NCBI GenBank assembly: GCA_004431415.1
Contig: QPMI01000226.1
Location: 14,982 to 78,981 of the forward strand
Length of the DNA: 64,000 nt
Direction: 5' to 3'
Source: Cyanophora paradoxa CCMP329
Lineage: Eukaryota > Plantae > Glaucophyta
Shown: one piece after another, positions 56,070 through 64,000 of the stretch
Numbering within the stretch: the first letter of the stretch is position 1
How the letters are laid out: every line of letters begins with the position of its first letter
Position numbers and translations under genes: made by a program
The notes under the pieces: model-generated
The model's database searches: none
What the model saw: the letters and a program-made list of their open reading frames with translations, nothing else
What the model was told of the DNA's origin: nothing

Positions 56070-59000
56070 ATGCATCGGTTAGCGCATTCCCAGGCGGCCT
56101 CGCCGGAGAAACAGGGCACCAGCCCCGAAGCCCATGCCCCAGCCTCGCCCGACAGCGTGGAGCCGCGCCGGTTTATCGTTTCCAACACCGGCGCCGGCAC
56201 ATCACTGGTCTCTCTCTCGTCGAAAGAGCTGGCGCTTAGCCGAGCCGCTACTTTCTCGACCCCTCTGTCAGAGCGCCAATTGCAGTCGAGGGGCACCTCC
56301 AGCGGCAAGAAGCAGCGAGCCGAGGACACGCCGCCCACGTTCGGGTCGGCGGGGAGCGCGTGGGGCTCGCCTGCCACGCACCTCGATTTCGATCACAGCA
56401 AGTTCGGCGATGCCCGCGCGCTGACGGATCCCGTCCGGGAGGAGTCCCTGCTGGAAACCAGGGACCCCGAGATCGTCAGCATGGAGAAAGTGGTTCGCGG
56501 CTAGGAGCGGGCGGGGCGGGCGGGGCGGGGCCTCACGGCGGCGCGCGCAGCTCTTCCGCCTCGAGCAGGTCTTCTCGGCGCTGCTTCCGGCGGAGGCGGT
56601 GCAGGCGGGGGCCGCCCACGGCGGCTTCGCGCGGCGCCTCGAGGAGCTCGCCGGCCAGTCGAGCGTCCTCCGCAGGCCCCTCGAGTCGCTCGGGCTGTGG
56701 GCGTCGCTGCGGTGCGAGAGGGCGGGGCGCGAGGGGCGCGGCCTGCGCGGGGAGGAGGCGCGGGCCCTCGAGGAGCTGCAGTCCATCGAGCTCGAGATCC
56801 TCAAGCGCTGGATCGAGATCGTCCTCAAGGCCCGCCCGCCCCCGCCCGCCCCGCCGGGGCTCCCCGGGGGCCGGCTTGAGGGCGGGGGCGGGGGCGCAGG
56901 TGAAGGACCTTCAGGGGTCGCTGATGGCGCAGCGGGCGCGGGAGAAGCACCTCTCGGGGCGCCTCTCCGACGTCAACCTCCTCGTCCAGCAGGGCCCGCC
57001 CCGCCCCGCCCCGCCCGCCCCGCCGCGGGGGGAGGGCCGAGGGAGCGGGGGCGGCGCAGTGACGCGGGACCGGGAGACGCTGGAGAAGGAGAACGCCGCC
57101 CTCCGCGAGATGCTCCGCGTCCGCCCCCGCCCCGCTGCCCCGCCTCCCCGCCGGCCCACGCGGCGGCGGCGCAGGCGGCGGAGGAGCGGGGGCGCGAGGG
57201 GTCTGCGGGGCGGGGCGGGGAGGGCGGGCGGGCGCTGGAGGCGGCGTGCCTCGCGCTGACGAAGGAGTCGTCCGAGGCGCACGCCCGGCGCGCCGAGGCC
57301 GAGCAGCGCGCCGCCGCCGCCGAGGAGCGCGCCCGCATCGCCCAGGCCGACGCCGTGCGGCCCCGCGACCTGTCCCGCGCCGCGCCGCGCCGGGCGGCGA
57401 GCGTGGGCCGGGCGGGCGGGGCGCAGGCGGCGGCGCGGGAGCGGGTGGAGGAGGCGGAGCGGCGGCGGGGGCGGAGGGCGGGAGCTGCGGGCCCGCGTGA
57501 AGGCGCTCGAGGACGAGCTCACCCTCGCCCGCGCCGAGCGCACCCTCATGGAGGCCCGCCCCCCGCCCGCCCGCCCGCCAGCGACGCTGGCCGCCCCGCG
57601 CCGCCCCGCCTCGCCTCGCTCACGGGCCGGGCGGCGCGGGAGCAGGACGAGGCGCGCGGCCTGCGGCTCGAGCTCGAGGCCTGCACCCAGCAGGCGTGCC
57701 CTCGCCCCGCCGCGCGCCGACGCCCTGGCCCGGCGGGGGTGGGGGCTGAGGGGGCTTTGGGGGCAGATGGTGGGGGTGCGGCTGGACCGGGCGGAGCTGA
57801 AGGAGAGCCTGGAGGGCCAGGAGCGGGCCGCCGAGGCGGCCCGCGAGGCGCTGCGGGGGGCGGAGGCGCGCCTCGAGGAGGCGCGGGGCGAGCTGGAGGC
57901 GGAGCGCGCCCGCAAGCGCCGCGACGAGGCCGAGTACGACGCCCTCCGCGACCGCATCCGTCCGCCCCCGCCTCGCCTCCTGCGCGGCGCCCCGCGCGAC
58001 GCGGGGGAGGGGGCAGGGGAGCTGGAGGGGGAGCGGGAGTCGCTGCGCTCGCTGGTGGTGGAGGGGGACGCGCAGGCGGCCGCCGCTCGCGCCGAGCAGG
58101 CCCGCGCCCAGGACGAGCTCGACCGCGCCCGCGCCCTCTGCCGCGTCCGCCCCCGCCTCGCCCCGCCCCGCCCTGCGGCCGGGCCTGAGGGGGCGCGGGG
58201 GCCGGGGGCAGGACCTGACGGAGCGGCTGGCCCGGCGGCTGGGGGGAGCCGGCCCCGAGGCCGCGCTGGAGGCGGGGCGGGGGCGAGCGCGCAGCCGACC
58301 CGCGGGGCGCGCTGCCGCCCCAGGCGGCGCCCCCGCCGCGCAGGCGCCGGCTCCCAGCGGCGACGCGTCCCACCGGCCGACGACGCCCCGCGCGGGGCCG
58401 CGGCGGGGGCGGCGCCGGCGGCCCCGCGACGCCGGCGACGCCGGCGACGACGGCGACGGCGGGGCGGGGGCGAGCGCCGGGAGCACGCCGGCCCGCATCC
58501 GGGTGCGCGCAAGCGGGCGCCGCCGCCCTGCCTGCCCTGGCTGCCTGCGTCGGGCCCCGCCTCTGAGGGCGCGCCGCAGATCGCAGTGGAGGCGGGAGAC
58601 GAGGCGGGGGCGGGGGCCGCGGCGGGCCCCGCCCCGCCGGCGAGCCCGCCGGCGCCGGGGCGGCGGGGCGAGCCCGCAGCCGCGGGCCGGGCGGCGCGGC
58701 AGCTGCAGCTCGGGTCTCCCTCGTCGGCCGCCTCGGCCTCCTCAGCCGCCCCATCGGGGCGGGGCGGGGCGGGCGTCGGCGGGGGCGGGCCCTCGACGGC
58801 CTCCTCCGTCGAGTCGGCCGGCGGCCTCCAGCAGCTCATGCAGCGCACCGACGAGGCCCGCCCCGCCCCGCCGCCCCGCTCGCTCGCTCGCGCCACCGAC
58901 CGGTCGGATCTCGGGGGCGCAGGTGATCAGCGCGGTCAAGGCCCGCGCCCGCGCGCTCGAGGCCGCCGCCGCCGCGCAGGCCGCCGCGCAGGCCGCGCCG

Positions 59001-59513
59001 CCCCCGCCGGCGCGGGCGGCGCGGGCGCGGCACTCGGCGCCGGCGGCGGCGGGGGAGGCGGGGGCGGGACCTCGCCATGAACATGGTCGACCCGACCTCG
59101 TCTTCATCACCACCGGTACCCCCCGCCGCCCTCCCCGCCCCGCCTCCCCGCCGCGCGCGGGCCGACGGGGCGGGCGGGGGCAGAGGGGACGAAGTACCAC
59201 TCGCGGACGTGCCGGCACGCGCCGCGGGGCTACTGCGTCCCCCTGCGGGTCGCCCTCTCCATGGGGCGCGTCCCCTGCCGCCACGTGCGCGCCGCCGCCG
59301 CCCAGGCCGCCTCTCCGGATTCCGCCCGCCTCGGCTCGGGCGCCGCCTCGCCCGCCGCCCGCGCCTACGGCCTCGCCCTCCACTACGCCTCCAGCCGCAT
59401 TGGCGGCGCCGCGCCCTTCCCCGCCGCGCCCCTCTAGCCCTCGCGCACCCGCCCACTTGCCTCCTTTGCGTACCCCTCCACTTCCTCCCTGCACCTCTGG
59501 CAGGCCCTCCTAG
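56070..59513 (+). CDS. Long coiled-coil protein of unknown function
   Basis: Successive E/R/A-rich heptad exons flanked by splice signals; 3' end and some frames uncertain. Confidence 0.65.
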
Positions 59514-59609
59514 GCCTGCAGTAATGTACGCGCCTCGCATCTCTTCACACGGATGCTGGCGGGGGGCGGGGGAATGGGAGGGGAGGGGGGCGTGTTGGGG
59601 AGGGGCGGG

Positions 59610-62556
59610 TCAGGGGCCGGTCTCGAGGGCAGCGAGGAGGGCGCGGACGGCCGCCGCCCCCGCCTCCCGCGCCGCTCCGTCCTGCGCGACGCGTCGGCGG
59701 GGCCGGGGCGCGGGGCGCGGGCCTGCGCACCGCGGGGCCGGGGCGGGGCGCTCGAGGAGGCGGCGGGCGGCGGCGCGGGCGAGGGCGAGGACGGTCCCCG
59801 GGGGCGGCAGGCCGGCGTCTAGGGAGCGCAGGGCGGCGGCGGCGGCGGGGCGCGGGCGGCGGCGGCGGCGGGCGGGCGGCGGCGAGGAGGGAGAGGAGGA
59901 AGCCGGCGGCGGCGGGGCGGCGGCGGGCCGCGGGCGGCGGCGGCGGCGCAGATGACCTCCGCCGCGTGCCGCACCGTCGCCTCGGGCAGCGTCCCCGCTG
60001 CGCCCCGCGCCTCAGGGCGCGCGGCGCGGAGCAGGCGGGGGCGGCGGGCGGGGCGGGCCGTTGCAGGCGAAGGCGAGGGCGGAGAGGAGCGGGGCGGGGA
60101 GGAGCTCGTCACCGGCGGCGGCGTGGAAGAGCAGCTCGACGGCCGCCCGCTGCTGCCCCTCCGTCAGGTGCACCACCGGGCCCCCCGTCCGCCGGCCGCC
60201 GGCCCCTGCCCCGCAGCCTCAGCGAGCGCGCGGGGGCGGGGGCGGGGGCGGGGGCGGGGCGCGGGGGCACCCTCGATGGCGAAGAGCGGGGCGAGGGAGG
60301 CGCGGAGGGCGCGGGGGGCGGCGGCGAGGGGGAGGCGGGCGGCGGCGGCGAGGAGGCGGAGGGCGGCGTCGGCCGCCTCGGGGGCCCGGCCCCGCAGCTG
60401 GCACAGCAGCTTCACCAGCCCCCGCACCGCAGCCCCCGCCAGCGCGGGGGCGCCGGGGCGAGCCGCGGGCGCCCGGGGCGGGGGGAGGAGGGCGCCGGCG
60501 AGGGTGTCGAGGGCGCGGCGCTTGGCGCGGAGAGGGCGTGGGCGCGCTCGAAGGCGGCGAGGGCGGCGCCCCAGAGGGGCTCGCCGAGGGCCGGCCGCCC
60601 CGCCGCCGCCGCCAGCAGCCGCTCCAGCACCCCGAGGGCCCCGGCGTCAGCTTCTCGATCACCCCCGCCGCCCGCGCCGCGCCCCGCTCCCCCGCCGCCA
60701 GGCCCTGCGAGACAGCCCCCTCGGTTCGCGCGGGGCGGGCGGGCGGGGCGGGCGGAGGGGGCGGACGCGGTCAGAGAGGAGGGCGAGGACGTAGGAGGCG
60801 ACGGCGCGGGCCCAGGGGGGCCACTCCCCGCCCGCCCCGCACGCACCCTCCAGCCCGAACGAGAGCGCCTCGCACAGCGCCACGTTCGCCCCCGCCGCCT
60901 GCCCGAACCGCTGCCGTGCTGTCAGCGGAGGTGGGCTGGGGCGGGCGGGGCGGGGGCGGGGCGGGCCTGGAGGCCGTCGGGGGTGAGGAGGGACTCGTCG
61001 TCGGCGGGGCCTCGAGGGGAAGCGGGGGAGGACGGCGCGGGCGAGGCCGCGGGCGCAGGCGGCGGCGGCGGCCGGGCGGCGGCGGGGGAGGCGAGGAGGA
61101 GGGCGAGGACGTCGGCGGCGGCGCGGAGGGCGGCGAGGGCGTCCCCCGAGGGCGCCCCGCCTCCTCCGCCACCGCCTCCCCGCCACCTCCACCAGGAGCC
61201 CCACCAGCCGCTCCCGCCCGCCCCGGCCCGGCCCCGCCCCGCCGCCCCGCCCCACCCGGCCCCGGCCCCCGCGGCGAGGCGCGAAAGGGGCGGGAGGGCG
61301 GCATCTGGGGCGCCGGGCGGCGGGGCCGGCGGTGGGCCTCGAGCGACACGCGGCAGCCGCTCGGGGCGAGCCACTCGGCGGCCAGCAGCGCCGCGGAGGT
61401 GGAGGCCTGCGGGCCGGGCGCCGGCTCCCCGGGGGCGGCGGGGCCGGCGGGGGCGGGCGGCTGGCCCTGGGGGCGAGGATGCGGAGGGCGAAGGCGTGAA
61501 GGCTCTTGAGGACCGTCGCGGCGCGCCTGCGCCGCCGTGAGCGCCGGCGCCCGCCGCACGCGCCCCCGGGCCGGCGCCGGCGCGGGGCGCACGCGGAGGC
61601 GGGGGCGGCGGGGCCCTGGCCGGTGGAGGAGGCGGGGGCGGCGCTGGAGGCGACGGGCGGGGAGCGGTTGGCGAGGATGTGCGCGTAGTTCGGCAGCAGC
61701 TGCCCGCCCCGCCTCAGCCCCCGCTCCCGGCGGGGCGGGGCGGGGCGGGGGCGGACCTTGGGGGCGTGCGGGGCGAGGGCGGCGGGGAAGCGGTCGACGA
61801 GGGTGTCGAGGAGGGGCAGCGCGTCGAGGCGCACGCGCTCGGCGATGTGCGTCATCCCGCTGCACAGGTGCACCACGAGCAGCCCCGCGAAGGGGCCGAC
61901 CTGCGCCTGCGCGCCCCGCCTCGGCCCGCCCCGGCGAGCGAGCGCGGGCGGGCGGGACGGGGCGGGCGGGGCGGACCTCGTCGAGGAGGCCGGCGACGTG
62001 GGCGAAGGCGACGCGGAGGGCGTGCCGCACGCTCGCCTCGGGGTCCGCCACCCGCTCGCACAGCGCCTCCAGCACCGCCCCCACGTGCCCGCCATCGCCC
62101 CGGGTGCCGCTCCAGCAGGTCTTCAGCCCGAACAGCGCATCTGCCCGCCCGCCTCGGCCCTCGCCCCCCCGCAGCCGGCGCTCTCCTCGGCCGGCGCACC
62201 GCGGCGGACGTTCGGGCTGTAGTGCTTCGACTGCGAGAGCAGATCCGCGAGATTGAGCTTGCGCTGGTTCACGAAGCTGCCCTTGTCCTCGGTCACGCTC
62301 TGGTTGAGGATCTGGAGTCCTGGCGCAGGCCGGCCCTCAGTCGCGCGTGCGCGGCCGCTGGCGCTGCTCGCGCCGGCGATCGCGCGTACTCTTGCTCTTG
62401 AAGTCTGTCGATGTCTGGTTCGCGGGCTTGGCTAGCTTGCGGCCGATCTTGATCTTGCTTTTCTGCGGGCGCTTCAGCGGAGCGCACAAGCTCGCAGATT
62501 CCGAGTACCTTGAAGTCGGCGCTCCCCTTCTTCGCCTTGGCGCTCAGGTCCGGCAT
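59610..62556 (-). CDS. TEX10: TEX10/Ipi1 (Rix1 complex, pre-rRNA processing)
   Basis: ADFK..KIKIGRKLAKPANQTSTDFKSK..ILNQSV, LSQSKHYSPNVRRDALFGLKDLL, HLCSGMTHIAERVRLDALPLLDTL; 3' part has apparent frameshifts. Confidence 0.88.
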
Positions 62557-62765
62557 CGCGAAGCGTTCCTCGCTCGCTCGACCTCCTGGATCACTGCTAC
62601 CGCTTAGAGCGGCGCTACCGCGTGGGCGGCGCGCTGCAGCTGGCGCAGCAGCCTTGCAAATACTGTGAAAGACAGCCGGTCCGGGTACAGGCGATCTGGA
62701 TCGGGGGTACAGTTCGGCTCGTTCCAAAGCCGGTTCTGTGCTTGAGCCCCTCTTCGTTCACAAAG

Positions 62766-64000
62766 ATGTTCTGGGGTGAGCATCACCTCGCGCTCCTTTC
62801 GCTCGCGGCATCCTGCGCAAAGCCCGCTTGGCTGACGCGCTCGGGATCGCCCGCCTGGCGTACGTACGCAGGCCTGGAACTCAAGGCTGGGCAGACCGAG
62901 AAGGTCACACCCGCCCAGAATCTGCATCTGTCGAATGTACGTGTCGCGCCGCCCGCGATTCCCTCGCGCTTCCCGAACCCACCAGCACTTTCCACGTAAC
63001 GCAGGCCGCGATCGCGGCTGGCGCGAAGGGCGACAACCAGAAGGTTGCCCTTCTCGTCACTGTCGGCGACCAGAAGCACACGATCTGCACACTCGTCAGC
63101 GGCAAGACCGACCAAGCAGCGGTGCGCTCGCGATTTTCGATCGGATGTTGCCGACGTTCGTTTCGAGCGCTTCTAATCGTCCGCATGCACAGCTTGACAT
63201 CATTCTGACCGCCGATGTGGAGTGCTCTTTCACCGCCCAGGGCTCGGCCCCCGTCAGCCTCCTCGGCTACTACGTCCCGGAGGGCATGGCTATGGACGAC
63301 GAGGACATGTCTGATGAGGAAGGGTTCGTCGTTGCGGCTTACGGTGGCCGCCGATCGCGACGCTCACGCATACTTGCAGCGAGTCGGACGATGAGGAGGG
63401 CGGCATCATGCGGCCTCCGATGGGCGGCAAGGGCCAGCGTACGTGCCATGCATTACTCTTTTTCATCGTTACACGTGATCGAATGAGCCTGCAGCGATCT
63501 CCAAAGCGATGCTCGCAAAGTTGATGGCCGGCAAGGGCGGCGACAGCGAGGGCGACTCTGGTTCGGCGCTCTCCTTTTCTTCTTTCAATCCGACCTGAAT
63601 CGAAAGCAGACGACGACGACGGCGACATGATGGACGACGGCAGCGAGGTGCTTAGCGCGGAATCGCCCGAGCGCGCGCCCCTCTTGACATGCGCGGGCAG
63701 GGCGACGACGAGGACGATGACGAGGACGATGAGGACGAGCCGGCGCCGCCGAAGGCGCCAAGCCGGCGACAAGCGGCCGCAGGAAGCCAAGAAGCCCCAG
63801 CAGCAGCAGCCGGAGAAGAAGCAGAAGGTCGAGCAGGGCCAGAAGCCGCAGACGCCCGGCAAGGATCAGGGTAAGGGCCAGCAGCAGCAGAAGCCGCAGA
63901 CGCCCGCCGGCCAGAAGGGCCAGCAGCCGCCGCAGAAGCCGCAGACGCCCGCCGGCCAGCAGCAGCAGAAGCCGCAGACGCCCGCAACAAGCAGCAGCAG
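62766..64000 (+). CDS. Nucleoplasmin-like (NPL) domain nucleolar protein (HD2/FKBP53-type), 3' end outside window
   Basis: MFWGLELKAG..LHLSNAAI..HTICTL..LDIIL..SFTAQGSAPVSLLGY followed by acidic tracts and KPQTP repeats. Confidence 0.88.

Noticed and set aside
59610-61500. Apparent frameshifts in TEX10 (also in the ankyrin and coiled-coil genes) suggesting pseudogenes or recoding
   Set aside because: They fall in G/C homopolymer-rich tracts; sequencing errors or introns I could not resolve are more likely

Overview
Eukaryotic nuclear DNA: GC-rich, gene-dense (about 20 genes) and intron-dense (introns mostly 50-90 nt). Two genes have single plastid transit peptides with Phe at position 4 (MTSFV, MTAFV), which points to a primary-plastid alga, most plausibly a glaucophyte such as Cyanophora (inference). 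Spliced genes in order: Asn-tRNA synthetase (5' truncated), thylakoid DUF1499, an ankyrin protein, a roughly 3,400-aa secreted beta-repeat fibre-like protein, ubiquilin/Dsk2, a Cet1-type TTM RNA triphosphatase, plastid Mpv17/PMP22, ecdysoneless, a C5orf34 homologue, an orphan, a type I membrane protein, Ctf8, CHD1, a p25alpha-like protein, an Orai-like 4-TM protein fused to a double zinc ribbon, a TP-rich orphan, Rab8/RabE, a coiled-coil protein, TEX10/Ipi1 and an NPL-domain protein (3' truncated). Most notable observations: (1) a G/C oscillation phased to splice sites, with synonymous codons switching from G-ending to C-ending inside each exon and introns running C-rich to G-rich; (2) very frequent GC-AG introns; (3) two copies of a 1-kb Helentron/Helitron-like non-autonomous element; (4) intergenic DNA built from a small vocabulary of palindromic words that appear as insertions between the two element copies; (5) the giant repeat fibre protein; (6) an Orai-like protein that appears to lack both conserved glutamates. 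CDS coordinates are gene spans spliced by eye, and family calls come from recognised motifs, not from searches.
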